The notes below the pieces were generated by a model that saw only the letters and a list, made by a program, of their open reading frames with translations, was not told where the DNA came from and made no database searches. Shown here piece by piece: positions 50,880 to 64,000 of a DNA stretch of 64,000 bases. Source of the stretch: Carcharhinus longimanus (lineage: Eukaryota); NCBI GenBank assembly GCA_030264375.1, contig JASCQW010000156.1:12730001-12794000 (forward strand), in the 5' to 3' direction. Within the stretch, counting starts at the first letter, position 1. Every line of letters starts with the position of its first letter. Made by a program: the position numbers and the translations under genes.

Positions 50880-52125
50880 ACCCTTGACATAGTTAATCAC
50901 ACTATTCTCCTCCAGTGCGCCTCCAATGTTGTCAAGCTGAGTGGGACTGTTCTCATCTGATTCCATTCTTACCTAACTATTGCCAGACAATCACTTGTAA
51001 TATCTTCCTTGCTGCTCCTGCACTTTTATCCCTGGTGTTCTCCTAAGGATCTATCCTTGCCCTTTCCTCTTTCTCATCAACATCATCTGAAAGTACAGCA
51101 TCAGTTTTCGTAAGTATGTTCACCACGCTCAGTTCTACCTCACCACCACCTCTCTCTCCACTCCTCCACTGGTGCTAAATTATCCGACTGCTTATCTGAC
51201 ATCCAGCACTGGATGAGCTGAAATTTCCTCCAATTAAATACTGGAAAGACTGAAGCTATTGTTTTTGGTTCGCACATCAAACTCCATCCTCTAGATACTG
51301 ACTCCAACCCTCTCCCTGGCAGCAAGCTGAGATTAAACCAGTCTATTCACAACTTTAATGTCATACTAGATCCTAAGATTAGTTTCTGACCAGCACCAAG
51401 ACCACATACATAGAACATTACAGCACAGTACAGGCCCTTCGGCCCTCAATGTTGTGCTGAGCTATGACCAATCCCAAGATTAAACTATCCCCTCCCTATA
51501 GTGTATATAATAATATATACATATTCCTATCGCCAATGATAACACTCGACTTTGCCCGTCTCAACTCGTCCAATGCTGAAACCCTCACTTATGACTTCCT
51601 TACTTCCAGATATGACTAGTCCAATGCACTTCTAACAGCTCTACAACATTGTACTGTCACCCATAGCTCTGCTGTCAATGTCCGGTTCCTCTCCGACCTC
51701 TGTGCTCACTGACCTCCTGGTCAAACAATAACCTTATTTTAAAATGCCCATCTTTGTTTACAGAGCCCTCCATGGCCTCACCTCTGTCTGTCTCTGTAAT
51801 CGCCTCCAGTCCACACCTCTCATTGTCTCTGCACTCCTCTCATTCTGGTTTCTTCTTCATCCCTCATTTGGATTGCTCCATCCTTTGCGGCTACATCTTC
51901 AGTTGCCTCGGCCCCAGGCGCTCACTCCCTAAACCTCTCTGCCTCTTTAGCTCGCATTCCTCCCCTTTGCACTCCTTACAGCTTATCTCTTTGGCCAGGC
52001 TTTTGGTCAGTTGACCTAATACCTCTTTATGTGACTCAATATCACACATTGTTTTATAATTTTCCTTTGATGCTCTGCGTAACATTTCATTGCATTAAAG
52101 GCAGTGTATAAATATAAGTTGTTGA
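50880..52125 (+). mobile_element. Degenerate L2 LINE fragment
   Basis: LSDCLSDIQHWMS*NFLQLNTGKTE motif near 51180-51255 and FKMPIFVYRALHGL near 51740. Confidence 0.75.
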
Positions 52126-52760
52126 CCGAGGAATTGTTATTGGCCAAGAATACGGAGATAATACCCCTGTTCTACTTTAAGTAGCGCCATTGACTCTTTC
52201 ATGTTCCATTTGAGAGGAAGGCAGGGCTTCCGATTAATATTTCATCCAATATCTCTGACAGCTCCCTGAGGAGAAACCAGAACCAATCAGAAAGAAGAAT
52301 CTTACTGTTCAGTTACTGACACCTCAGCTAACAGACCGGAATGTGAATCAGGCACCTTTCCGCTCCTCACTGGATAGACTCAATCAACCATGCATCGAGG
52401 TGTCGATCTTGGCACTTCAAAGAATTGAGGCCATCGTTTGAGGTGACACTCCCATGTGTGGGACTGAGGGAGGCTGTTCTGTCAGAAGTGCTTCAGATGA
52501 GATGTTAACCAGACGCCCTCTCTGGTGGATGTGAAATATCTCATGGCATTATTCAAGGAGGAGCAGAGAAGATTCCCCCCCTCCCAGCAACGCCACCCCC
52601 CNNNNNNNNNNNNNNNNNNNNNNNNNNNNNNNNNNNNNNNNNNNNNNNNNNNNNNNNNNNNNNNNNNNNNNNNNNNNNNNNNNNNNNNNNNNNNNNNNNN
52701 NTCCCCCCCCCCCAGCAACGCCACCCCCCCCCCCCCCCACCCCCACTACTCCCCGCAGTC

Positions 52761-53057
52761 TCTAAACCAACCAAATAAACTAAATCAAATTAACGAGGGG
52801 ACAAATTAAAAAGGGCAGCCTCCCAAAAGGAGGGGAACCGCCCGAAGCAAAAGACAAGCATAAAGGAAACTTAAAACATCAAATCAAAATATGATTAAAG
52901 GGGCCAATAGTCCCTGCGGTGCCGGGTGGGCACGGAAGGCATGAATGGTCCCCTGGGACACCGCATGCTTCGTCTCCAGGCCACGAACGTAGCCGTGGTA
53001 GCAGGGTAGATGTGGGTTGGACAGCCCCCTCAGTCGCCCACTATCTGAACCTGTTTA
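52761..53057 (-). mobile_element. Tx1-clade LINE 3' end inside a plus-strand Deu-SINE (~52470-53230)
   Basis: Reverse complement aligns by eye with 20806-21125 (tttgatgttttaagtttccttt; YHGYVRG and KHAVSQGTIHAFRAH remnants). Confidence 0.65.
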
Positions 53058-54689
53058 GATCAATACTCAGGCCTCAACAATCATCCCTCAATTAAAAAAA
53101 GACATCGTGTGGTCACTTATCTCGTTGCTGCTCGTGGAGTGGACCACGTTCACTTATGTTTCAGTGACTACACAACAAAGCGAATTATTCCATCATGAAG
53201 CACCTCGGGATATAATAAAGGGCGATACCAGGTTTTCTGTCCTTCTAAGGTAACTTGCCTCATTAGTCAGATGCTTCCAGGTCCTGGTTTGATAAATGTT
53301 TTATTATTTGGAACTGTCAATCTTGTTTACATTCTTCCACAACTCTACATTGCCCAGGCTCCAGGAAGATCATTCGAAGGATGCAGTGGGTTTAATTCCC
53401 CTGGTGGTGGACTGAATAGCAACTTCCATGTAAACTTTCTTTGTGCATTGTTTTGACACTGTGACTTTGTTTAAAAAGTGGGTTGACGATTGTGTTAACA
53501 AAAGAACATAATACAAACATGCTAGTCAGGGTACTGCCAGAAGCAGAGTTAAATCCCCTGCTTTAAAAGAAGTTTAAAAAGAGTTAACGTTTCAACTGCA
53601 AGTTTTACCAGCAAGATCAGTGAGTGCCCAGAGGACCTGACAAGGTAGGAGTCTCATCAAAGTATTTCAAGCAAGGTCATAAAGCTGCAAATAGTGACTT
53701 GTTTCAAACTGTTTTCTGAAAACAAGTTATATTGGTCCTTTTACCTTTCGCTTTTGTTTAATATTGCATGTTTCTGACAGTACAGGGATCAATGTGTTCA
53801 GGAGCAGTGACAACGGTTGTGGACAATAGGAGGTGCAACATGTGAATGTTTGAGAGAATGTGCTTCTGCCACTGACAATTACTTTGCTTCTAACGCTCTG
53901 TACTCTGAAACTGAGCTGCTGCGTTTCCATTTTCAATCAGAATCCCCAATACAGAAGTAATTTTTCTGTTGACATAGAAATCTGAATCACCAAAGGACAA
54001 AAAGAACCCTATGCTGAAGCCAAGTTTTGGTGAAGAAACTCCCAGGAATACAGCTAGCCAGAGTTCAGAGTGAAATTTAAGGTTGAGATAGAATCATAGA
54101 ATCCCTACTGTGCAGAAGGAGGCCATTCAGCCCATCGAGTCTGCACTGACCACAATCCCACCCGGGCCCTATTCCCGTAACCCCACACATCCACTCTGCT
54201 AATACATTAGGGTCAAATTAGCGTGGCCAATCAATCTAACCCGCACATCTTTGGAGTGTCATCTTTGCTCTGTGCCAACACTGAGGGGTGTGTATTTTCA
54301 CTGAATTTCATTCCCTCTACAGTGCTTGAGCCTTCACCATTTTGTGTCACACTCTCACAATACCCCTATCTTTAGCTTCCTCTCCCTACTTTGGAACCTA
54401 CTTCATTAACCCTGCTTTCCATGATTCCTCCACTGCTTGTTAAAACTTACCTCCTTCTTGGATGTTTATTACATTGTTAATGTCAGTTGTTCTCACTGGA
54501 GCTCATTCTTGTCCGAAGGTTCCAGTTCCAGTTCCAAAAGTTCAGGTGTATTCCACTGTGTCAAAATGATCAGTCTTCTCTCTTGTGCCAAAAGCATTTC
54601 CTGAAGACCTTGTAACTCATTAAATACCAAGAGCTTGAGTACACTCTTGTGTCTGCGGAGGCACAATCAATGTAGAACCATAGCCTCAA

Positions 54690-54992
54690 CCATAGAATCC
54701 CTACAGTGTAGGAAGAGACCATTCGGCTCATCGAATCTGCACCAACTCTCCAAAAGAGCATCCCACCCAGACTCACAGGCCCACCCCTTGCCCTATCCCT
54801 GTGCACCTGCTGTGGCTAATCTACCTAACCTACACACCCTTGGACTATGGGAAGAAACCAGAGCACCCAGGGGAAACCCATGCAGACACAGGGAGAAAGT
54901 GCAAACTCCACACCGTCATCTAAAACTGGAGTTGAACCTGGATTCCTGGTATTGTGAGACAGCAGCGCTAAACATTGTGCCACTATGCCACC
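54690..54992 (-). mobile_element. HE1-type V-SINE (a further 3' fragment lies at ~54088-54257)
   Basis: catagaatccctacagtg tail and HE1 core. Confidence 0.8.
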
Positions 54993-55039
54993 CTTTATCT
55001 TCCACATCCTTGGAAAAAGGATGAAAAAAACTTAATCCC

Positions 55040-56150
55040 CTGTGATAGAGTGATGTAGCCAAATGGATACAAAATTGGCTTGATGACAGAAATCACAGGG
55101 TGGTTGTAGAGGATTATTTTTCAAACTGGGGGCCTGTGACCAATGGTGTGCCTAAGGAATCGGTTGCTGGGTCCACTGTTATTTGTCATTTATATTAATG
55201 ATTTGGATGAGAATTTCAGAGGCATGGTTAGTCAGCTTGCAGATGGCACCAAGACTGGTGTCATAGTGGACAGTGAAGAAGGTTATCTCAGATTGCAAAG
55301 GGATCTTGATCAATTGGGCCAGTATTTTAATACTGGGAGTTTAATTTAGATAAATAATGCGAGGTGATACATTTTGGTAGACCGAACCAGGACAGGACTT
55401 ACTCAATTAATGGTAAGGCTTTGGAAAGAGTTATAGAACAAAGAGATCTCGGAGTATATATTCATAGCTCCTTGAAAGTGGAGTCACAGGTGGACAGAGC
55501 AGTCAAGAAGGCATTCGGCATGCTTGGTTTCATTGTTCAGAACATTGATTACAGGAATTGGAATGTCTTGTTGAAGTTATACAAGACATTGGTAAGGCCA
55601 CACTTGGAAAACAGTGTACAGTTCTGGTCACCCTGTTATAGTAAGTATATTATTAAACTAGAAAGAGTGCGGAAAAGATTTACTAGGATGCTACCAGGAC
55701 TTGATGGTTTGAGTTATAAGGAGAGGCTGGATAGGCTGGAACTTTTTTCTCTGGAGCGTAGGAGGCTTAGGGGTGATCTTATAGAAATCTGTAAAATAAT
55801 GAGGGGCACAGATTAGCTAGATAGCCAATATCTTTTCCCGAAGATAGAGTTTAAAACTAGAGGGCATAGGTTTACTGTGAGAGGGGAGAGGTACAAAAGG
55901 GTCTGGAGGGGCAATTTGTTTCACACAGAGGATGGTGAGTATCTGGAACAAGCTGTCAGAGGCAGTAGTAGAAGCGGGTACAATTTTGTCTTTAAAAAGC
56001 ATTTAGACATTTGCATGGGTAAGACAGGTATAGAGTGATATGGGCCAAATGCGGGCAATTGGGACTAGCTTAGTCGTTTAAAAAAAGTGGCATGGACAAG
56101 TTGGGCCAAAGGGCCTGTTTCAATGCTGTAAACCTCTATGACACTATGAC
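55040..56150 (+). mobile_element. CR1/HER1 LINE, 5' truncated RT C-terminus and 3' UTR
   Basis: LGPLLFVIYINDLD...LADGTK, QRDLGVYIH, LYKTLVRPHLE, RRRLRGDLIE motifs; frameshifted; ctctatgac-like tail. Confidence 0.9.
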
Positions 56151-56696
56151 TCTAGGTGATTCCCTTTCAGGTGCAACATTCATCCCTTTCTCTCTTTCTC
56201 TATCCTTCCTTTGCAATCTTTCTTGTCTTACTTTATCAATAGCACCATGTCAGAAGTCCTCTGAACTTTCCTATTTTGTTCTAAGTTGTAAGTTTCCTTC
56301 TCACAGCATTGTTGCTAACTCAAGACTTATCGCGCTTTCTTCACCTTCATTCCCTGGACTTCTAGATTTGGACTTCTTTGCTAAAACTAGCAAGCTTGGT
56401 GTCACCTAACTAGCAGATCCCAATTTACTTGATCTTCTCCCTATAACTGTTCATCCAGTACTTTGTGCACTTGTTCTTTCATTTAGGATTCTTAAGCTAA
56501 CAACAAAGATCTCGCAACATCTGACTAAGCAAGTTGAGGCTTTGAGTCAAGAGTCAATATACGGTGCCAATTAGTGAGTGGATCCACAGCGGATCATTAT
56601 CTGTTTAACTTCAGCTGTTATTGGGGACAACAGATGAAACCAAGGTTAGGTCCATCCATGCTGCCCTGCAGAATTAAATAGCCAATGGACACACCC

Positions 56697-56991
56697 ATAG
56701 AATCACAGGATCCCTACATTACAGAAGGAGGCCAATCGGCCCATCAAGTCTGCACCGACCACAGTCCCATGCAGGCCCAATTCCCGTAACCCCACACATT
56801 TACCCTGCTAATCCTCCTGTCACTAAGAGTCAGTTTAGCATGGCCAATCAACCTAACCTGCATATCTTTGGACTGTGGGAGGAAACTGGAGCACCTGGAG
56901 GAAACCCATGCAGATACAGGGAGAACATACAGACTGCGTACTGACAGTGACTCCCTGGCGGTGTGAGGCAGCAATGCTAACCACTGTGCCG
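56697..56991 (-). mobile_element. HE1-type V-SINE
   Basis: Head, core and tail as in the other copies. Confidence 0.85.
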
Positions 56992-58419
56992 ACCCAGTCT
57001 ATATTCAAGCAACAATGAGATGTCAAGTACTCAATACCTCAGTAAAAGCCTGACTCTTCTGGTCATGTGGAAGGGGTAAGGCAAAGCGCTAAATAAAACA
57101 TCACAAAGTCAGTTATTTAATGCAAAACTATTTTTCTTTACGACAGTAAGAGAGCGCACTATGGCACGTATGCACACACATGACAAACATGAGTCATCTC
57201 ACTGGTACAGACCTGCAACGTTTCCAATGCAAAAGGAACTAGGAATGGTGCAAGATCTTCCCACAGTAAATTGTAAAAGCCACTTCTATTCAAAAATAAA
57301 CCTCTCTGTTCTCCCTGCCAAATGATGTAGTGTCACGCTTCAGAATTAAAATGAGAAAAGGTGAAGTTACAAGTAATGAAGGAGCTGTGAAGTTTCTCTT
57401 TATTCAGCAAGATAAAGTTTAAAAGTATCGTTGCTATGTTTGTTTTGTGATTGCACAGAGTTCCTGTGTATTCAACAGTGCATGGCGTCAACTTTGGCCC
57501 AATTGTTGCTCTCATGTTTTTGAGTCAATAGATTGGTGATTTAAAATCCAGCTCAGACACTTAAACACCTGATCTAGGCTGCCGGGACAGCACTGAGAGA
57601 GTACAGCACTGAAGTCTTTCAGTTAAGATATTAAATCAAGATTCTTTTTAATCCTCACGGTGAATATAAAAAAGTCCTGGGGGCAGTACGAGGAAGAATG
57701 GTGAAATCACAGTAACTTCATTGCAGTGTTAATGTAAGCTTTACCTGTGACTAATAAATAAACTTTATTTCTCTGGTCTTTTGCCTTAGGATTCCTACGG
57801 AAATAAAATCACCTGGTCATTAATCTCATTTCTGTTTGTTAAACTTTGCGATGTAAAATCAATCTGTCTCAATATTGCTAACTTTAAAAAAGTGACTGTG
57901 AAGCACTTTGGGAAGTCGTGGATATGTGCTTTATAAATTTAAATGTAAAATGTTCTTAGGAAGGTGTGGTCTAATGCTTGCGGCAGATTCCCCTGCAGAA
58001 TTACACTGTGCTATTAGATAGGACGGAGAAGCCTAACTGGTGTGACGGGACAACTGGTTAGACCATTTTTTTTTCGATTTGGCAGCAACCCCGTTCCTGG
58101 ATTTGGGAGTTCTGGCACTGTCCAGCACTACATGGAATGAGTTTGTGTAGCCTGATACAGGCTGCTTTTCACTAACAAGGACAGTGAAAGTTAAGCAGCA
58201 CTGGGGTTAGATTGCCGACTCAATACAAAGAGCAGCTTGGGCCATTCCATTCTGCGCAGTAAGGGTTCACTTTTACACCAGCTCACTGTGGGTGCAGTTT
58301 GTATAAACTGTCCACAGGGCAGCGATCCACAACCTACACCGCCTGGAAGAACAAGGTCAGCATGGGAATGTCATCATCTCCAACATAATTCCCAACTCCA
58401 ACCCTATTTGGACATGTAT

Positions 58420-58690
58420 TAAACTTTATTCATTTGTCATAAGTAAGGCTTACATTAACACTGCAATGAAGTTATTGTGAAATTCCCCTAGTCGCCACAG
58501 TACGGTGCCTGTTCGGGTCAATGCAAATAACCAGCATCGGACTGTAGGAGGAAACCGAGCACCCGGAGAAAACCCACACAGACACGGGGAGAATGTGCAG
58601 ACTCTGCACAGATATTGACCGAAGCCAGGAATCAAACCTGGCTCCCTGGCGCTGAGAGGCAGCAGTGCTAACCACTGTGCCACCATGCCA
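58420..58690 (-). mobile_element. HE1-type V-SINE (alternative-tail subfamily)
   Basis: As 4134-4443. Confidence 0.85.
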
Positions 58691-58867
58691 CTCATATATT
58701 GCTTTCCTTCAGTGTCACTGGGTCAAAATTGTGGCTACTGAGCAGAATGGTTTATACTGGCATGGCTCTGCTGGCTTATCCTGTATTTCCCTGCCTTCAC
58801 CATCCACATGACAACTGTTAAAGAAAGTGACTCACCACAATCAAATCAAAGACAACAAGTGCAGGAT

Positions 58868-59160
58868 GGTATGGTGGCACAATGGTTAGCTCTGCTGCCT
58901 CACAGCGCCAGGGACCCGGGTTCCATTCCAGCATTGGATCACTGTTTGTGTGGTGTTTGCACCTTCTCCCCATGTGTGTGTGTGTTTTCTCCAGTGGATC
59001 TGGTTTCCTCCCACAGTCCAAAAATGTGCAGGTTCGGTGGATAACCTATGGTAAATGCATGGGTTACAGAGATAGTAGGGGGTAGCCTGGGTAAGATGCT
59101 CTTTTAGAGAGTGTAAGCTCAATGGGTTGAATGGCTTCCTTCGGCATCATCAGATTCTAT
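58868..59160 (+). mobile_element. HE1-type V-SINE
   Basis: ggtggcacaatggttagc...cagcgccagggacccgggttc head and core. Confidence 0.85.
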
Positions 59161-59741
59161 AGCTCTATACTAATCTCCACATCCGAGAATGAATAATAAA
59201 GGACCTGATAGCCCATTTGATCAACACCCCATCTGCCAGCTTAAACAGTCACTCCCTCCACCAACAGCGCACAACATCAGAGATCTGGACTAACTGCAAG
59301 GTTCGCTGCACCCATGTTCCTTCAAAACCACCTTCCAAATCACAACCTTTCCGAATCAGAAAGACAAGGGCAGCAAACACATGGGAACACCACCGCCTGC
59401 AAGCTCCCCTCCAAGTTAATAATTTTCTGACTTGGGATATTGCAATTCCTGCAGTCACAGGATCCCTTCCTGACAGCATGTGGGTGTACATACACCACAC
59501 AGACAGCAGCAGATCAAGAAGGAAGGTCCATCACCTTTAATGGAACAATTAGGGATGGACACAAATACTGAATGAATATAAAACATCTGGCTGTCTTGGC
59601 AAAGTCTGAAAGGTTCAATTGATTATTTGTTGCTGCTCCGTGGGGTTCAGTTGGAAGGTGGACAAAACATTTGGACCTGGAAACTGTTGGTTCTACGAGG
59701 GCTGGGAACTGCTGGTATCTGGTATCTGCCATGCAGGAGAC

Positions 59742-60270
59742 AGGCTGAGCTGGGAGCTGCTGGTTTCCTGCTGTAGGGGCTGGGATGGGAGCTGCTGGTA
59801 TTTACCGGTTTCCTGCTGTAGGGGCTGGGCTGGGAGCTGATGGTATTTACTGTTTTCCTGCTGTAGGGGCTGGGATGGGAGCTGCTGGTATTTACTGATT
59901 TCCTGCTGTAGGAGCTGGGATGGGAGCTGCTGGTATTTACTGGTTTCCTGCTGTAGGGGCTGGGATGGGAGCTGCTGGTATTTACTGTTTTCCTGCTGTA
60001 GGGGCTGGGATGGGAGCTGCTGGTATTTACTGGTTTCCTGCTGTAGTGGCTGGGATGGGAGCTGCTGGTATTTACTGGTTTCCTGCTGTAGGGGCTGGGA
60101 TGGGAGCTGCTGGTATTTACTGGTTTCCTGCTGTAGGGGCTGGGATGGGAGCTGGTGGTATTTACTGGTTTCCTGCTGTAGGGGCTGGGATGGGAGCTGC
60201 TGGTTTCCTGCTGTCGGGGCTGGGCTGGGAGCTGCTGGTATTTACTGGTTTCCTGCTGCAGGTAGGGGCT
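59742..60270. repeat. 45-bp G-rich minisatellite, ~11 copies (GGGGCTGGGATGGGAGCTGCTGGTATTTACTGGTTTCCTGCTGTA)
   Basis: Read directly; near-identical units. Confidence 0.95.
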
Positions 60271-60274
60271 GGGT

Positions 60275-60425
60275 TACTTCGTGCACCTGACGTTACGCCA
60301 GGTCGCAGTTTGCGGAAGTTTCTCTGCGGAGTTTGCAGTTGGGAATCGGAGCAGACATTTCAATTATATAAAAATTACAAACCCCCAAAAAAAGAAGCGC
60401 AATTTCACGGGCTGAAGGTAAAGGA
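60275..60425 (+). promoter_or_regulatory. Candidate CpG-rich promoter and short non-coding first exon of a downstream gene
   Basis: Local CpG cluster with TGACGT (CRE/ATF-like) and GCGGAAGT (ETS-like) motifs, then AAG|gtaaag donor at 60417/60418. Inference only. Confidence 0.4.
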
Positions 60426-60991
60426 ACTTCTTATTTGTTTTTTCTCTCTGTTCAGCGGGATGAATCTCAAACGAAAGTGTTACTGATACAATTGGTTCAA
60501 AGTTGTGAAACATTTCCGGAAAGTTCCCAATAGTTTGAGGATAAATGTTTCTTTTGAAATGGGGAGTTTGACGGTTCTTTGGGGTGTAGAACATCTTCTG
60601 CTGTCAATTCCTGTCTCACTGAAGATTGATAGGGGTTTGGTTGAGGTTATTGTTACTGTTCAGGTGTCTTGCTGGCTTTGATTCAGGGGAGGGGCAACTT
60701 CCAGGACATAGGTAACAACAACATCTATTTATAATAAAGGCTTCCCTATAGTTGAACGCGCCCCCAAGGTTCTTCACATGTGTGACATGAATGAAATATT
60801 GACATCAATCCTAACTTAACATTTCTGTCAAAGTTTTTGGGAACTTCTAACAGCAGAAAGTTTTCTTTTGGTAATGTCTTTCACCGCCTGGCGATATCCC
60901 AAAGTACCTTCCAAACAATGAAATACTTCTGAAATGTACTGCTAGAAATCTGAAATGAAAACAGAAAATCCTGGAAAAACTCAGCAGATGT

Positions 60992-61387
60992 GGGCAGCAC
61001 GGTGTCACAGTGGTTAGCACTGCTGCCTCACAGCGCCAGGGACCTGGGTTCGATTCCCAGCTTGGGTCACTATTTATAATAAAGGCTTTCCTATAGTTGA
61101 ACGCGCCCCCAAGGTTCTTCACATGTGTGACATGAATGAAATATTGACATCAATCCTGTGTGGAATTTGCACATTCTTCCCGTGTCTGTGTGGATTTCCT
61201 CTGGTTTCCTCCCACAGTCCAAAGATGTGCGGGTTGGGTGGATTAGCCATGCTAAATTGACCCGCACTGTCAAGGGGACTAGCTAGGGTAAATACATGGG
61301 GTTATGGAAATAGAGTGTGGGTGGGATTGTGGTCGGTGCAGATTTGACGGGCCGACTGGCCTCCTCCTGCTCTGTATGATTCTATGA
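60992..61387 (+). mobile_element. HE1-type V-SINE with an 88-bp internal insertion
   Basis: Full head and tail; interrupted at 61070-61157. Confidence 0.85.
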
Positions 61388-61673
61388 GGTCAGTTAGTAT
61401 CTATAGAGAGAGAAAGAAAATCAAGTAAATGTTTCAGCTCGATGATGAAAAGTCATCTTGATCTGAAATGTCAGGTGTGTAATTTTGAGAGACTAAGCAT
61501 CTGTCTATCCCGGTTTAATGATGAAACATCCACAACTCTTGAGGCAAAGAATTCCAATGTTTTGAGTGAAGAAATTTATTTTCATCTCAGTCCAAAGTAA
61601 TCAACCCCTCATTCTGGGACTGTGCTTTAGATTCCCTGACCAGAGTAAACAACCTCTTAATGTCCATCCTGTC

Positions 61674-61984
61674 ACAGAATCATAGAAACCCTACAGTGCA
61701 GAATGAGGCCATTCAGCCCATTGAATCTGCACCAACAACAATCCCACCCAGGCCCTTTCTCCATAATTCCACAAATTTACCCTGCAAACCCCCCAACACT
61801 AAGGGGCAATTTAGCCTGGCCAATCAACCTAACTTGCACATCTTTGGACTGTGGGAGGAAACTAGAGCATCCGGAGGAAACCCACGCAGACACAGGGAGA
61901 ACATGCAAACTCCACGCAGACAGTGACCCAAGGCCAGAATTGAACTGGGACCCCGGCGCTGTGAGGCAGCAGTGTGCCACCCCG
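61674..61984 (-). mobile_element. HE1-type V-SINE
   Basis: Head, core and tail as in the other copies. Confidence 0.85.
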
Positions 61985-62564
61985 TTTAAAAAAAACATTT
62001 ACCCCGTGACATTTAAGTGGCGTTTTGACAAATACATGATTGGGATGGGAAAAGAGGGATATGGTTCCCCCTACCGGTAGGCTAAGGGGTTTTGCTTCAG
62101 TCAGGCAGCATGGTCAGTGCAGGCTTGGAGGGCCGAAGGGCCTGTTCCTGTTCTGTAATTTTCTTTGTTCTTTGCTCTTTAATCCATCTAACCTACACAG
62201 TCTGGGACACTAAGGGACAATTTACCAATGAGCCTAACCCGCACAGCTTGTCAAGCCTCTTCAGAATTTATAGGTTTCAGGTCCCGAGGAAAAAGGAATT
62301 TGCACTGTTGGGATGGTTTGCACCTGAACTGTGCTGGGGCTGGCGTTTTATCGAGCTACATAATGAGGGAAGCAGAGAGGTTGTTAAACTAAACAGGGGG
62401 GAAAGGGAATCATATTTGCGAAGATCTGGTAAATCAAAGACTAAAGACAAGGCTAAAGAAAATGTTATTATTATGGGAATGAAAAACAGACCGTGACAGG
62501 AAGAGATGGAGGGTTCAACTCCAATAGTAAATCAACAAATGAGACTAAAAGTTATTTTAAAAAA

Positions 62565-62983
62565 AACATAGAAAATAGGGGCAAGTGGAGGCCATTCTTT
62601 AAACCTGCTGCGCCATGCATTCTGATCATGGCTGATCATCCAAATCAATAATCTGATCTCTCCCCTCCCCCATATCCTTTAATCCCCTTTGCCTCAAGTG
62701 CTATATCCAACTGCTTCTTGAAAACACTCAACTACTTTCTGTGGTAGTGAATTCTACAGGCTGACCACTCTCTGGGTGAAGAAATTTCTCTTCATCTCTG
62801 TCCTAAACGGTTTACTCTATATCCTCAGATTGTCATCCTTGGTTCTCGACACCCCCCACCATCGGAAACATCCTTCTTGCATCTACCCAGTCTAGTCCTG
62901 TTAGAGTTTATTGGTTTCTATGAGATCCCCCCCTCATTCTTTTGAACTCCAGCGAATACGTTCCTAACCGACTCAATTTCTCA
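62565..62983 (-). mobile_element. CR1/HER1 LINE 3' fragment
   Basis: LSRLGTYSLEFKRMRG motif and FFTQRVV (rev. comp. of accactctctgggtgaagaa). Confidence 0.75.
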
Positions 62984-64000
62984 GTCTGCACGGAATCTGC
63001 ACATTCTCCTCGTGTCTGCATGGATTTCCTCCAGGTGCTCCGGTTTCCTCCCACAGTCCAAAAGACGTGCTGGTTAGGTGCATTGACCATGCTAAATTCT
63101 CNNNNNNNNNNNNNNNNNNNNNNNNNNNNNNNNNNNNNNNNNNNNNNNNNNNNNNNNNNNNNNNNNNNNNNNNNNNNNNNNNNNNNNNNNNNNNNNNNNN
63201 NNNNNNNNNNNNNNNNNNNNNNNNNNNNNNNNNNNNNNNNNNNNNNNNNNNNNNNNNNNNNNNNNNNNNNNNNNNNNNNNNNNNNNNNNNNNNNNNNNNN
63301 NNNNNNNNNNNNNNNNNNNNNNNNNNNNNNNNNNNNNNNNNNNNNNNNNNNNNNNNNNNNNNNNNNNNNNNNNNNNNNNNNNNNNNNNNNNNNNNNNNNN
63401 NNNNNNNNNNNNNNNNNNNNNNNNNNNNNNNNNNNNNNNNNNNNNNNNNNNNNNNNNNNNNNNNNNNNNNNNNNNNNNNNNNNNNNNNNNNNNNNNNNNN
63501 NNNNNNNNNNNNNNNNNNNNNNNNNNNNNNNNNNNNNNNNNNNNNNNNNNNNNNNNNNNNNNNNNNNNNNNNNNNNNNNNNNNNNNNNNNNNNNNNNNNN
63601 NNNNNNNNNNNNNNNNNNNNNNNNNNNNNNNNNNNNNNNNNNNNNNNNNNNNNNNNNNNNNNNNNNNNNNNNNNNNAGTCAGATGGACAAGGGTAGCCTA
63701 GATGAGGAGTTCATCGAATGTTTTCAGAATCATTTCTTTGGACAATACATCCTGGAGCCAATCTGAGAGCAGGTTATACTAGGTCTAGTATTGTGCAATG
63801 GTTAATTAATAATCTCCCAGTGAAGGTCCCCCAAGGTAGCAGTGGCCCTAGAATCCCTCCAGTGCAGTCGAGTCTGCACCGACTCTCTGACAAAGCATCT
63901 TACCCAGGCTCTCTCCCCCGCCCTATCCCGTAAAAGTAACCTCACACATTTACCATGGCTAATCCTCTGAATCTACATATCTTGGCACACAATGGGGTAA

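Noticed and set aside
52575-52745. C-rich repeat (cccagcaacgccacccc) on both sides of a gap
   Set aside because: Unresolved low-complexity sequence at a 100-N gap; copy number cannot be determined.
59920-60486. 188-aa ORF with MGAAGIYWFPAVGAG repeats
   Set aside because: Product of a 45-bp tandem repeat whose length is divisible by three; an upstream unit has an in-frame stop and no known domain is evident.
60992-61065. tRNA-like A/B boxes
   Set aside because: They are the head of an HE1 SINE, not a tRNA gene; the same holds for the other copies.

Overview
Vertebrate genomic DNA from a draft assembly with seven N gaps. The repeat content (HE1-type V-SINEs, Deu-domain SINEs, CR1/HER1, L2, Tx1 and Penelope-like elements) points to a shark or other elasmobranch. 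The only supported protein-coding gene is the 3' half of PRDM16 on the + strand: seven in-phase GT-AG exons (equivalent to human exons 11-17; 1152 nt, 383 aa plus stop) encoding the C-terminal C2H2 zinc-finger cluster, the acidic domain and the C-terminus, followed by a probable ~6 kb 3' UTR. The rest is intronic or intergenic, with a candidate promoter/first exon of the next gene near 60.3 kb. Main observations: (i) Penelope-like elements with minimal hammerhead ribozyme motifs in inverted configurations; one 1.85 kb unit in the last intron is bounded by a perfect 13-bp duplication and carries Gypsy and CR1 cargo between two Penelope termini; (ii) two copies of a Deu-SINE/antisense Tx1 chimera with matching junctions; (iii) an alternative 3' splice site matching the human short isoform and miR-133/miR-96/miR-27 seed sites in the PRDM16 3' end; (iv) an 88-bp locally templated insertion. 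Gene and family assignments rest on recalled sequences, not database searches, and repeat boundaries are approximate.
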